A DNA stretch of 38,012 nt from a virus. Its lineage: Duplodnaviria; Caudoviricetes. Where the stretch lies: the IMG/VR virus record IMGVR_UViG_3300033434_000381, positions 1-38,012 of that record; one strand, written 5' to 3'. Below, piece by piece: positions 1 to 9,517 of the stretch. A program made the translations under genes and the position numbers. The stretch's first letter is position 1. Each line of letters begins with the position of its first letter. The notes beneath the pieces are model-generated. The model saw only the letters and a program-made list of their open reading frames with translations, did not search any database and was not told the origin of the DNA.

Positions 1-312
1 GTGAAAGCATATTTTGGCAGAAAAATACCTGACCTGAAAGCCTTACGCGATGAGACTTGGCGAGCCAAAGAAGAAAAATACTCCGGGACAATTTACACAG
101 TAACCAGGGAAGTGGAACTTAGCAATTCTGAATTTCAGCAATTCGCTGAAGACCTTTTGGAAGACCAGCCTTGGATTTGTAAAAGGGATGGCGGCATGAA
201 CCCGGCTGGAGAAATCCGGTGCATACGGGTGCGAAATGCCCACAGCGGCGAACGCATTTTGGTTAATAGCGAAGGCTACGATTATCCAAGGTATACGGCG
301 ATCGAGGAATAA
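1..312 (+). CDS. Conserved hypothetical protein of Firmicutes mobile elements (DUF6329-like)
   Basis: 103 aa ORF with C-terminal ILVNSEGYDYPRY motif, recalled from small prophage/ICE proteins; the start sits at the window edge. Confidence 0.6.
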   Translation: MKAYFGRKIPDLKALRDETWRAKEEKYSGTIYTVTREVELSNSEFQQFAEDLLEDQPWICKRDGGMNPAGEIRCIRVRNAHSGERILVNSEGYDYPRYTAIEE

Positions 313-327
313 ATTAAGAAGCATGGG

Positions 328-352
328 AGCAGGCCTAGAGGCCTGTTTTTTT
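328..352 (+). terminator. Rho-independent terminator
   Basis: AGCAGGCC-TAGA-GGCCTGTT stem followed by a T-run, 16 nt after the stop of ORF 1-312. Confidence 0.8.
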
Positions 353-433
353 GCTGCTATACTCGAAAAATTATCTCGGCAAAAAACAAATGCAATAAAT
401 AATAAAATTCAACAAATTCTCTAAAGAAAATAA

Positions 434-462
434 TTGAAAAATTCAGAATAATGACATATGAT
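434..462 (+). promoter_or_regulatory. Putative sigma-A promoter
   Basis: TTGAAA-N17-TATGAT in an AT-rich intergenic region. Confidence 0.5.
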
Positions 463-562
463 GGAAATAGGAAAAGAAATGGGGCGATATAAACCGAAAT
501 ACAGTTTTCTTCAATCTCAAATATAATTGGATGTAAATAGTACAATATATTTTATATTTTAT

Positions 563-595
563 GGGGAGCACAAATTAAAATTGTGTTCTCTTTTT
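563..595 (+). terminator. Terminator-like hairpin
   Basis: GGGGAGCACAA / TTGTGTTCTCT stem followed by TTTT. Confidence 0.55.
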
Positions 596-664
596 CAACT
601 TGGACGTGAAAAATAAATTTAACCGGATAAAATTAAAGAACAGCACACCAAGATAATGCAAAGC

Positions 665-703
665 AAGCTGCATCTATTAAAGAAAAAAGATGCGGCTTTT
701 TTT
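665..703 (+). terminator. Terminator-like hairpin
   Basis: AAGCTGCATCT / AGATGCGGCTT stem followed by a T-run. Confidence 0.6.
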
Positions 704-732
704 GTCCCCAAAAATATGAAGGAGGAATAACT

Positions 733-898
733 ATGCCATACAGATCAGTTGTTTAGGCATCAAAAGAGAGTATTTGATTTGGCCAGAAAGACAATTGGTG
801 GAATTCCGCATTGTGGCAAAATCATTTGCTATGCCTTTAATAACAATCGAATAAGTGCTGAAGAAAAATCCCCTACCGAGCAACGTAGCCTGAAATAG
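733..898 (+). pseudogene. Possible frameshifted remnant of a small zinc-ribbon protein, or a 7-aa leader peptide
   Basis: Strong GGAGG RBS (721-725) and ATG 733 give only MPYRSVV*; other frames give QISCLG and KRVFD...PHCGKII, resembling a CxxC...CxxC zinc ribbon. Confidence 0.3.
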
Positions 899-906
899 GA
901 ACTACC

Positions 907-958
907 AAATAGCCGGATGATTGCCAAGTGATTGGCTTTCATCCGGCTATTTTTTTTT
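907..958 (+). terminator. Strong terminator/attenuator directly upstream of the sigma-like gene
   Basis: 14-bp stem AAATAGCCGGATGA / TCATCCGGCTATTT with an inner GCCAA/TTGGC helix and a long T-run. Confidence 0.8.
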
Positions 959-986
959 ACCCAAAAACAGGAGGAGGACAAGCAAT

Positions 987-1382
987 ATGAAAATTAAGTA
1001 CGAATTTTTAACCGGCGAGACAGTTGAAATTGAAGCACCAGACAGTGTAGTAGAGGTGTCGATTGAAATTGACAGAGCTATTTATAAGAACGACCGAAGA
1101 GAAAAACGCAGACACAATTCCATTGAGGCTTTAGCGGAGCATGGTATTCAGATAGCGGATTGTAGCAATGAGATTGCGGCGACTGTTGAAGCGAAAGAAA
1201 CACATGAAGTTCTACATAAAGCTCTAGATATTTTGATACCAAAGCAGCGTGAACTAATTCGAAAAGTATTTTTTGAAGGCAGGTCAATATCTGAAGTTGC
1301 CCGTGCTGAAGGCATTGATGAATCATCGGTTCGTGAGCGGCTAAGCCGGATATATAAAAAGTTAAAAAATATTTTAAAATAG
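987..1382 (+). CDS. Sigma-70 region 4 HTH domain regulator (ECF-like, Tn916 Orf7-like)
   Basis: GGAGGAGG RBS before ATG 987; C-terminal LHKALDILIPKQRELIRKVFFEGRSISEVARAEGIDESSVRERL is a typical region-4 HTH. Confidence 0.85.
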   Translation: MKIKYEFLTGETVEIEAPDSVVEVSIEIDRAIYKNDRREKRRHNSIEALAEHGIQIADCSNEIAATVEAKETHEVLHKALDILIPKQRELIRKVFFEGRSISEVARAEGIDESSVRERLSRIYKKLKNILK

Positions 1383-1465
1383 CCCCCCGAATTTACCTTT
1401 CTCGTGGCTATATAGTAGAGGCACTTTTACAGCCTCAAAAAAAGTCACGAAGGAGGCGAAAGTTT

Positions 1466-1615
1466 ATGCGAACCATCCGGATAACAATTTCCACCGAAAA
1501 GCCCGCAGATGTTGCAATCACCGAGAAAAAGCTCGAAAGCAAAGAGGCAAAAAGAAAAGCATTGGCGGCGCTGAAAGCCATGTTCAAACCAGGGGGGAAG
1601 CGATTATGCAAGTAA
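1466..1615 (+). CDS. Small hypothetical protein (49 aa, basic)
   Basis: AGGAGG RBS at 1451-1456, ATG 1466, MRTIRITISTEK...RLCK*; below the size cutoff of the ORF track. Confidence 0.65.
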   Translation: MRTIRITISTEKPADVAITEKKLESKEAKRKALAALKAMFKPGGKRLCK

Positions 1616-1657
1616 AACACAGATGATGGATTGTTCCAAGTGTAAGGCAAGAATGAC

Positions 1658-2839
1658 ATGATTAAACTATTTCCGCATCAAGAAAGATGCTTGTTGGCGA
1701 CCAAGGGAAGGACCAGGACAGCTTATTTTTGGGATATGGGTCTTGGCAAAACTTTTATCGCCAGTGAAAAGGCCAAAGAACTAAATAAACCAGTCTTAGT
1801 TATTTGCCCAAAAAGCAAAATACGAGACTGGGTGGAGCACTTCAAACAAAACTACGATCTGTCAGTAACCGTTATCAATTATGAAAAAATTTGGCGTAGA
1901 CCAGAATACCTTGCCTGGACAGATTTCACGTTAATCCTTGATGAATCAAGTTTGATCAAAAATGAGGCTGCCAAGCGCACCAAATATATTCTCGACCTCC
2001 AGCCAGCAAACGTCATTCTATTATCTGGCACCCCCACGGGCGGAAAATATGAGGAGCTTTGGAGCCAGTGCCGCCTGCTTGGTTGGAATATATCAAAGAA
2101 ACTGTTTGATGAACACTACATCATAACTGAAACCATCGATGTTGGAGGTTTTCCGATTAAAAAAGTAGTCGGTTATCGAAACATCGACCGGCTGAAGCAA
2201 AAGCTAAGACAGTACGGTGCCGTATTCATGAAGACCGAAGACGTATTTGACCTGCCGGAGAAGGTGGAAATCGTGACGCCAATAGCGGCGACAAAAGAAT
2301 ATCGACAGTTTAAACGGGAACGGTATTTGGCTCTGGATCATGCTGAATTAGTCGGTGACACATCGTTAAAACAACTTCTCTACGAGCGCCAGCTATGCGG
2401 CCAGTACAACAAAAACAAAATAGCCGCTTTAATAGATTTATTTAGCTCCACAAATGACCGCATGATTATCTTCTACAATTTTATTGCTGAGTTTGAATTT
2501 ATAAAAACTCTTACCGAGCGGCCAATCAGCTATATTAACGGAGCCGAAACGGATTTGGCAAATTACGAAACTTGCTCAGACAGTATAACCCTTGTGCAAT
2601 ACCAAGCTGGTGCAATGGGGCATAATTTGCAACTTAGCAACATAATCGTTTATTTCACGCTGCCTTTAAGTTCCGCATTGTTCGAGCAGTCCAAGAAACG
2701 CATACATCGCATTGGCCAGACAAAAACCTGTTTTTACTATTACCTCTTAACCGAAAAGTCCGTGGAAGAAAAGATTTTAAATGTACTCAGGCAGCGCAAA
2801 GACTTTACCGATGCGCTGTTTAAGGAGGCAGGCGATTGA
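1658..2839 (+). CDS. SNF2-like / DEAD-DEAH superfamily 2 helicase
   Basis: DMGLGKT (Walker A), ILDES (Walker B variant), LSGTP, QSKKRIHRIGQ (motif VI). Confidence 0.9.
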   Translation: MIKLFPHQERCLLATKGRTRTAYFWDMGLGKTFIASEKAKELNKPVLVICPKSKIRDWVEHFKQNYDLSVTVINYEKIWRRPEYLAWTDFTLILDESSLIKNEAAKRTKYILDLQPANVILLSGTPTGGKYEELWSQCRLLGWNISKKLFDEHYIITETIDVGGFPIKKVVGYRNIDRLKQKLRQYGAVFMKTEDVFDLPEKVEIVTPIAATKEYRQFKRERYLALDHAELVGDTSLKQLLYERQLCGQYNKNKIAALIDLFSSTNDRMIIFYNFIAEFEFIKTLTERPISYINGAETDLANYETCSDSITLVQYQAGAMGHNLQLSNIIVYFTLPLSSALFEQSKKRIHRIGQTKTCFYYYLLTEKSVEEKILNVLRQRKDFTDALFKEAGD

Positions 2840-3123
2840 CAGAAAAAGAGTTTCAAAAACAGGTTATTCAATTTTTGAAATCCCAAAACATCTACCATAT
2901 CAAAATATGGGGCGGCGGGTTCCAAAAGGCTGGTATCCCGGATTTGCTCTGCTGTATTCGGGGTAAGTTTGTAGCCTTGGAACTTAAAACCGAAAAAGGC
3001 AGGGCCACCGTCCTACAAAAATATAACCTCTTTAAAATTCAAGATGCGGGAGGATATGCCCGCGTACTCCGACCTGCGGAATTTGAGCGGTTCAAAAGGG
3101 AGGTGCTAACAGGTGCGATTTAG
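2836..3123 (+). CDS. VRR-NUC domain nuclease (Holliday junction resolvase-like)
   Basis: EKEFQ...GIPDLL...FVALELK PD-(D/E)XK pattern. Confidence 0.85.
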   Translation: MTEKEFQKQVIQFLKSQNIYHIKIWGGGFQKAGIPDLLCCIRGKFVALELKTEKGRATVLQKYNLFKIQDAGGYARVLRPAEFERFKREVLTGAI

Positions 3124-4702
3124 CCATAGTAGGGTAAGTACATTTACTCAGTGTCCATATAAATTCAAACTACAGTATTTGGATGAAATAAAAACAATCA
3201 AGGACCCAGCTGCAGATGATGCGCTTATCGTGGGGAATGCCATGCACATGGGAATTGAAAAAGGAATAACGCCAGCGGTTAAGTGGTATAGCGGGCAGTT
3301 TAGCGTATTGAGCGATCTCAATATCAACGAAATTATCAAGCTGGAAATCCTGCTGCCTAAGGTTAGACGATTAATTGAGTATGACAAATCAACCCTTGAG
3401 GTTGAAATTCAAACAAACGATTTCGTCGGTTATATCGATCTCATCGTCAAAAACAAAGGTGGTACAGTAGATATCTTCGATTTTAAGTATTCGAACAATG
3501 TGGACAAGTACCTGGAATCCGAGCAGCTACACATCTACAAGCACTACCTGGAAAAGATCCATTTCGTACATGTTAGTCGCTTGGGATATATCTTCATTCC
3601 TAAAACATCGATACGCCAGAAGAAAACCGAGGACCTATACCATTTTCGTCGGCGATTACTCGAGACACTAGGTGAACTAAAGGTGACTGTGGCCGAAGTA
3701 ATCTTTGATCAGAATAAAGTGGACCAATTTTTCCAGGAAATTCAGCATATTCAAGAGGCGAGGGAATACCCGAAAAATCCTACAAAACTGTGCGACTGGT
3801 GCCAGTATCAAGAATATTGTATGAAAGGGATTGATTACATGTTAGTATTGCCGAAAAACGAGCGAGTCCAGGTGGATAAGGAGACAGCCCCGGTTCTATG
3901 GTTATATGGCCAGCCCTTCAGCGGAAAAACAACGTTTGCAAACCAAGCACCAGATGTGCTCCACCTCAATACTGACGGCAACGTTAAATACGTTGATGGA
4001 GCGAGGATTATCATCCGGGACGAAATTAAGCTCAATGGCCGCATTAAAGAAACGGTTTTTGCCTGGCAAAGTTTCAAGGAAACCGTTGAAACCATCTGCA
4101 TAGGCCAACATGATTTTAAAACAATTGTCATTGATTTGGTAGAAGATCTTCTGGAACATTGCCGGATTTACATGTATGACAAGCTTGGTATTACCCACGA
4201 GGCTGACGCTGGCTATGGCAAGGGCTATGATATGGTGCGAACCGAGTTTTTGCCCCAGATTCGAAGGCTTACCAATGCCGGTTACGGAGTTATACTCATC
4301 AGTCATGAAGTCACGGCGGAAATAACCAAGCGAAACGGTGAAAAGGTTACCACGATCAAACCTAACCTGCAGGAGAAGTACGCCAATAAGATTGCTGGAA
4401 TGGTCGATATAGTAGGCCGCGTCATCATCGAGGAAGACGACGGCCGTTGGATCAAATTCAAGACCGACACCATCCAGTTTGGCGGCGGGAGGCTAAAATT
4501 CGGCACGGACAAGGTGGAACTAGATTACAACAAATTTATGGAATTGTACCGTATGGCAAAGCCTGAAACTGGAGTAAGAAGAGCGCAGAAGAGTATAGTT
4601 GAGACAAAGGCGGAAGCTCCAGACGAATCTGTAACCAAAAGCGAAGTAGAAAGTCCTGTATGTGAGGACAAGCCCAAACGACGTTCTCGGCGTTCTGCAT
4701 AA
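3113..4702 (+). CDS. Fusion of a PD-(D/E)XK (Cas4/RecB-like, Fe-S) exonuclease and an AAA_24/Sak4-like ATPase
   Basis: N-half: SHSR..CP, GYIDL, DFKYS, QL..Y, CDWCQYQEYC. C-half: YGQPFSGKTT (Walker A), IVIDLVED (Walker B), ILISHE. Confidence 0.85.
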   Translation: MRFSHSRVSTFTQCPYKFKLQYLDEIKTIKDPAADDALIVGNAMHMGIEKGITPAVKWYSGQFSVLSDLNINEIIKLEILLPKVRRLIEYDKSTLEVEIQTNDFVGYIDLIVKNKGGTVDIFDFKYSNNVDKYLESEQLHIYKHYLEKIHFVHVSRLGYIFIPKTSIRQKKTEDLYHFRRRLLETLGELKVTVAEVIFDQNKVDQFFQEIQHIQEAREYPKNPTKLCDWCQYQEYCMKGIDYMLVLPKNERVQVDKETAPVLWLYGQPFSGKTTFANQAPDVLHLNTDGNVKYVDGARIIIRDEIKLNGRIKETVFAWQSFKETVETICIGQHDFKTIVIDLVEDLLEHCRIYMYDKLGITHEADAGYGKGYDMVRTEFLPQIRRLTNAGYGVILISHEVTAEITKRNGEKVTTIKPNLQEKYANKIAGMVDIVGRVIIEEDDGRWIKFKTDTIQFGGGRLKFGTDKVELDYNKFMELYRMAKPETGVRRAQKSIVETKAEAPDESVTKSEVESPVCEDKPKRRSRRSA

Positions 4703-4738
4703 ATATGCAGAAAAATGTAAGAGAGGAGAAGTTTTGAT

Positions 4739-5197
4739 ATGGGAAATATTTGGGAGAAGTGGGATACCAGAATCGATACCGCCGGTTTGAAAAGCGATGT
4801 ACAGAAGGCGGCAGAAAATAAGCTGGATTTTAAGGATGTGCCGAAAGGCAAGTATGAAGTAAAGATCACCAAATTAGAGCTTAAGGCGAGCAAAAAGTCC
4901 GACGAACCCATGCTTGCCTGCTGGATGAAAATTATTGCCGGTCAATATAAGGGCCAGTACATCTTCTATTATCAAATGCTTACCACTGGCTTTGGTATTC
5001 ATGCTGCTAACGAGTTTTTGCGCAGTTTAGATAGCAGTTTAGACATTGCTTTTGATAATTTCAAGCAATACAACGACATGCTCATGGATGTGATGGAAGC
5101 CATTGAAGTGGAGAAATTAGAGTACATTCTCGATTACGGCGAAAATGACAAGGGCTATAAGACCTATAAAATTGAGGATGTATTTATTACCACATGA
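4739..5197 (+). CDS. DUF669-family putative single-stranded DNA-binding protein
   Basis: VPKGKYEVKI motif; position between the Sak4-like ATPase and the polymerase; GGAG RBS. Confidence 0.7.
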   Translation: MGNIWEKWDTRIDTAGLKSDVQKAAENKLDFKDVPKGKYEVKITKLELKASKKSDEPMLACWMKIIAGQYKGQYIFYYQMLTTGFGIHAANEFLRSLDSSLDIAFDNFKQYNDMLMDVMEAIEVEKLEYILDYGENDKGYKTYKIEDVFITT

Positions 5198-6888
5198 TCT
5201 TCTTTGACTTCGAGGTTTTCAAAATTGACTGGTTAGTGGTGTTGGCGAATGCCAACACCAAGACCTTTCAAACAATCATAAATGACCATGACAAGCTTCG
5301 CCGTTATTACGAGAAGAACAAAGAGGAAATATGGATCGGTTACAATTCGCGTAATTACGATCAGTATATTCTAAAAGCCCTGCTCCTAGGTTTTGACCCT
5401 TACGAAATCTCGAAATTCATTATTGCCGACGGACGGAAAGGCTGGGAATACTCAAGTGCGTTTCGCAAGATTCCACTCAACGTATTTGATATCATGACCA
5501 CCATGCACGGTTTAAAACAGCTGGAAGGCTTTATGGGCAACGATATTAGGGAAACCAATGTCAGCTTTAAGACCGAACGGAAACTGACAGAAGCAGAGCT
5601 AAAAGATGTCGAAACCTACTGCCGGCATGATGTGGAGCAGACCGTGGAAGTGTTTATGAATCGGATAGACGAATTTGAAAGCCAACTGTCGCTCTTAAAC
5701 ACATTTAAGTTACCTCTTAGCCTTATTCATAAGACCAAACCGCAACTGGCAAGCATTATTTTGGGCGCGACCCGACAATCTTATCGCGATGAGTTTCAGA
5801 TTACCTTTCCAGATACGCTGCGGCTGTCAAAGTATCAGTACATTGCCGAATGGTACAGTGACTCCAAAAACATGGATTACACTAAATCCTTAAAAACAAT
5901 GGTTGCTAACGTTCCCCATATTTTTGCCTGGGGCGGCCTCCATGGCGCAGTAAATAACTACCAGGGAGAAGGTTTGTACTTAAACATAGATGTCAATTCG
6001 TATTACCCTGCCCTGATGATCGAGTACAACTTTTTGAGTCGCAGTGTCGCCGATCCAGATAAGTACTGCCAAATCAGGGACGAGCGCATCAGGCTCAAGA
6101 AAGAAAAAAGTCCTCTCCAGCAGCCATACAAAATTGTGCTTAACAGCACCTATGGGGCCATGAAGGACAAATACAATGCCCTCTATGATCCGCGCCAAGC
6201 TAATAACGTATGTGTCGGCGGACAGCTTTTACTCCTAGACCTGATTGAAAAACTGGAGCCATTCTGTACACTAATCCAGTCCAACACTGACGGCGTAATA
6301 ATTAAGCTCGCTAGCGAAAATGTTGACCATATAAAATCAATTTGCGGCGAATGGGAAGCTCGAACCCGTATGGTGCTTGAGTTTGAAATATTTACTCGCA
6401 TCTACCAGAAAGACGTAAATAATTATCTAATCATTCGTGATGACAAAACCTATAAGGCAAAAGGCGGTTATGTCAAGAAACTGGATGTTCTGGACAATGA
6501 TCTGCCAATTGTGAATAAAGCGTTGATCAACTATTTTACCCAAGGCATACCGCTGGAAGAAACAATAAATAACTGCAAAAACATGATGGAATTTCAGAAA
6601 ATCGTCAAGGTGTCCAGCAAATATATGTATGCTGCCTATGGCAGTCAAATATTACAGGAACGGGTGCTAAGGGTATTTGCTTCTAGAAGCAAGCGGGACG
6701 CTGGAGTATTCAAATATAAAACATTGGACCGTATTGAAAAGATAGCTAACACTCCTGAACGCTGTTTTATTGAAAACGACAACGTAAATAACTTACCGAT
6801 ACCGCCAAAACTCGATATACATTGGTATATCGAGGTAGCAAAAAAACGCCTGAACGATTTTGTGTCAGGAGGTAACACGTGTGTTTAA
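5194..6888 (+). CDS. Phage DNA polymerase (family B-like) with N-terminal 3'-5' exonuclease
   Basis: Exonuclease motifs FDFE, GYNSRNYD, YCRHD; polymerase motifs DVNSYYP, KIVLNSTYG, QSNTDG. Confidence 0.85.
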   Translation: MIFFDFEVFKIDWLVVLANANTKTFQTIINDHDKLRRYYEKNKEEIWIGYNSRNYDQYILKALLLGFDPYEISKFIIADGRKGWEYSSAFRKIPLNVFDIMTTMHGLKQLEGFMGNDIRETNVSFKTERKLTEAELKDVETYCRHDVEQTVEVFMNRIDEFESQLSLLNTFKLPLSLIHKTKPQLASIILGATRQSYRDEFQITFPDTLRLSKYQYIAEWYSDSKNMDYTKSLKTMVANVPHIFAWGGLHGAVNNYQGEGLYLNIDVNSYYPALMIEYNFLSRSVADPDKYCQIRDERIRLKKEKSPLQQPYKIVLNSTYGAMKDKYNALYDPRQANNVCVGGQLLLLDLIEKLEPFCTLIQSNTDGVIIKLASENVDHIKSICGEWEARTRMVLEFEIFTRIYQKDVNNYLIIRDDKTYKAKGGYVKKLDVLDNDLPIVNKALINYFTQGIPLEETINNCKNMMEFQKIVKVSSKYMYAAYGSQILQERVLRVFASRSKRDAGVFKYKTLDRIEKIANTPERCFIENDNVNNLPIPPKLDIHWYIEVAKKRLNDFVSGGNTCV

Positions 6889-8728
6889 GGGTTACTTAAA
6901 AACCAGCGGCAAAGTGCCGCATGAGAAAATGCAAAACATGCGGCCATGTCCGCCGACTAGAGGTGATTACGCTGGCGTTTTGGCTGACGATGTGATTCAA
7001 ATTGACGTAGATAATCAGAAACATTCCGAACTTGTCCGCAGCATTATTAAATACTTGGAGATAAGCTGTAACATTCTGCAGACAACAAGGGGAATGCATT
7101 TCTATTTCAAAAACGCTGGCGTAAAAAATAAGTCGGTAAAATCTTATACTCCAATTGGCATCTATGTCGATGTGGGCGTTGGCATAAAAAACGGGCTTGT
7201 TCCGCTGGTAGTGAATAATGTCGCTAGAGAATGGCTGAACAAAACAGATAATTTGGCTGCCTTGCCTGATTGGCTGCGACCGCTGAAAATAAGGCCAGTG
7301 GACTGGTTCAATCTTGGTGAGGGAGATGGCCGAAACCAGGAGCTGTTCAACTATATCATCAAACTTCAGTCAGTAGGGTTATCCAAATCATCCATCATTG
7401 AAACAATTAACCTAGTCAACAGGTACATTCTCAAACAACCGCTTACCCAAAAGGAAATTGACTCAATTACCAGGGATGAGGCTTTCCCGACGGAAACGTT
7501 TTTTAGCGAACGCGGGAGATTTTTGCATGATCGGTTTGCCTGTTGGCTGATGAACAATGAGAGCATAATCAGGATTAACGGAACTTTGCACGTTTATTAC
7601 AACGGCCTTTATATGAGTACTGAGGATATTTTTGAGCGCAAAATGTTGGACAAGGTCCCAAATCTAAAAACCAGTCAACGAAATGAAGTTTTGCGCTACA
7701 TTCAAGTGCAATGTGAAAACGAAACCAAACTTGCCGATCCACGCTACATTGGCCTAAAAAGCAAAATTTATGATATCGAAACCAATAGTTTATTGGATTA
7801 TACCCCGAAAATTGTTCTGAAGAACAGAATCCCGTATGATTATGACTCGGATGCATATGACCCAATCGTTGATGCTGTCATCAGCAAAGTTACCTGCCAG
7901 GATGATAAAATCCGGCTACTCTTGGAAGAAATGGTCGGCTACTGCCTGTACCGGAATAAAGCTTTCGGCAAGACCTTTTTCCTGACTGCAAGTGGCGAAA
8001 ACGGTAAGTCAACCTTTCTTGATATGATTAAAACCATGCTAGGCCGGGAGAACATTGCAAGCCTGGAACCTGCCGACTTTGAAAAACGTTTTGTCAATGC
8101 ACAGCTTTTTGGCAAATTAGCCAATATCGGTGACGATATTAGCCATAGCTACCGGGAGAACTCCAGCATCTTTAAAAAACTCGTTACCGGTGACAGCGTC
8201 ATGGTTGAGAACAAAGGCGATACGCCTTTTATGCTGGACAATTACGCAACCATGATATTTTGTACCAATGAAATGCCGCGGATAAATGATCAGAGCCATG
8301 GATTTCTGCGACGTCTGGTTATTATACCGTTTAACGCCAAATTCAGTATAGAAGACAATGATTATGATCCATTTATCAAGGAGAAGCTGCTCACGGAAAA
8401 CGGAATGAAGTATTTTCTTAGGTTGGCGATAGACGGGCTTAAACGACTTTTGACCAATAAACAGTTTACGGATAGCTCCAAAGTTGCAGAGCAACTAAAA
8501 GAGTACGAGGAAATAAATAACCCGGTGCTGTTGTTTGTTCAAAGTTATGAAATAGAAAACCAGGCAGCTGCAGATGTGTATCGGAAATATTCTGCCTGGT
8601 GCCATGAAAACGGCCTGTCGCCAGTTAGTAATATTAATTTTGGCAGGATAGTAAGCAATAAGAAATTGTTTAAAAGTGAAGTGAGGAAAATAGACGGTAA
8701 GACAATCAGAATATATATAAAATGCTAA
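6881..8728 (+). CDS. Primase-helicase, P4 family / D5-like SF3 helicase
   Basis: AGGAGG RBS then GTG 6881; N-terminal prim-pol DVD and TTRGMHFYF, GEGDGRN; C-terminal GENGKST (Walker A), IGDD, FCTNEMP, LRRLVIIPF. Confidence 0.88.
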   Translation: MFKGYLKTSGKVPHEKMQNMRPCPPTRGDYAGVLADDVIQIDVDNQKHSELVRSIIKYLEISCNILQTTRGMHFYFKNAGVKNKSVKSYTPIGIYVDVGVGIKNGLVPLVVNNVAREWLNKTDNLAALPDWLRPLKIRPVDWFNLGEGDGRNQELFNYIIKLQSVGLSKSSIIETINLVNRYILKQPLTQKEIDSITRDEAFPTETFFSERGRFLHDRFACWLMNNESIIRINGTLHVYYNGLYMSTEDIFERKMLDKVPNLKTSQRNEVLRYIQVQCENETKLADPRYIGLKSKIYDIETNSLLDYTPKIVLKNRIPYDYDSDAYDPIVDAVISKVTCQDDKIRLLLEEMVGYCLYRNKAFGKTFFLTASGENGKSTFLDMIKTMLGRENIASLEPADFEKRFVNAQLFGKLANIGDDISHSYRENSSIFKKLVTGDSVMVENKGDTPFMLDNYATMIFCTNEMPRINDQSHGFLRRLVIIPFNAKFSIEDNDYDPFIKEKLLTENGMKYFLRLAIDGLKRLLTNKQFTDSSKVAEQLKEYEEINNPVLLFVQSYEIENQAAADVYRKYSAWCHENGLSPVSNINFGRIVSNKKLFKSEVRKIDGKTIRIYIKC

Positions 8729-8735
8729 CTGCTTG

Positions 8736-8975
8736 AGTTACAGATAGTTACAGATAAAGCTACAGATGGTTACGGCTGAAACTAGCATAATTACTAGAAG
8801 TAACTAAGGTTATATATATTATATATAAATAGAAAATTTCATAAAAAATATATAAATTATATATATATATATTTATATATATAACGTCTGTAACTAAAAT
8901 ACTTATAAATTCAGTAATTACGCGGGTTAAACCTTGTTTTTAAGAATTTGGTTAAGTGTAACCAAATCTGTAACC
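8736..8975. promoter_or_regulatory. Putative phage replication origin
   Basis: Tandem AGTTACAGAT-type repeats at 8736-8775, an extremely AT-rich core at about 8810-8883, and inverted copies (TCTGTAACT 8887, GTGTAACC 8956, ATCTGTAACC 8966), all directly after the primase-helicase gene. Confidence 0.7.
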
Positions 8976-9040
8976 GCAGTTAAAAATTGGGTGGACAAGC
9001 TATATTTGGGCCATTTAGCCAGGTTTGGAGGCGCTTATAA

Positions 9041-9469
9041 ATGACCAAAAAGGAACTATCCCAGCTATATTATCTAAACCGAGAGATTGGACAACTGCAG
9101 GTAAGACTGGCTGAGCTGGAATGTCTGGCAAGCTCCTGCACGACAATCATAACCGGTATGCCCAGAGCTTCTGGCATATCCGATAAGCTAAGTAAATACG
9201 TTGCCGAAATTGCTGACCTTAAAAGCCTGCTCGACCTCAATCTCAAGAAGTGTTTTTATGAGCTGAGCCGCTTGAATCGTTACATACAAAGCGTTGATGA
9301 CAGTGAAATGCGGATGATTCTAAGCCTTAGGTATATTAACGGCTTAAGCTGGAATCAAGTGGCCGCAAGCATCAGCGTTTATGCTAGTGGAGATGGTGTC
9401 CGAAAAACTCATGACCGGTTTTTAAAGAAAAAGTTGTCCGATATGTCCGGTTGCGATGTGCTAAACTAA
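9041..9469 (+). CDS. RinA/ArpU-like late transcriptional activator (DUF1492-like)
   Basis: MTKKELSQLYYL start, RMILSLRYINGLSWNQVA HTH; position between the replication and packaging modules. Confidence 0.8.
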   Translation: MTKKELSQLYYLNREIGQLQVRLAELECLASSCTTIITGMPRASGISDKLSKYVAEIADLKSLLDLNLKKCFYELSRLNRYIQSVDDSEMRMILSLRYINGLSWNQVAASISVYASGDGVRKTHDRFLKKKLSDMSGCDVLN

Positions 9470-9478
9470 TATCATAAG
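9426..9478 (+). promoter_or_regulatory. Putative late promoter / activator binding site, copy 1
   Basis: Two TGTCCG direct repeats followed by TG-C-TAAACT extended -10, overlapping the 3' end of the activator gene as in rinA-type systems; duplicated at 10943-10995. Confidence 0.6.
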
Positions 9479-9517
9479 CAAAAATGTAGTTTTGTTAATT
9501 CAAGAATCTCCAGATAA

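Noticed and set aside
733-777. Pyrrolysine read-through of TAG at 754-756
   Set aside because: A TGA follows six codons later in the same frame, so read-through gives no meaningful protein.
3113-3840. Cas4 as evidence of a CRISPR-Cas locus
   Set aside because: It lies in a phage recombination/replication module with no cas1/cas2 or array.
8810-8883. (TA)n microsatellite or low-complexity artefact
   Set aside because: It is flanked symmetrically by iteron-like repeats next to the primase, so an origin unwinding element explains it better.
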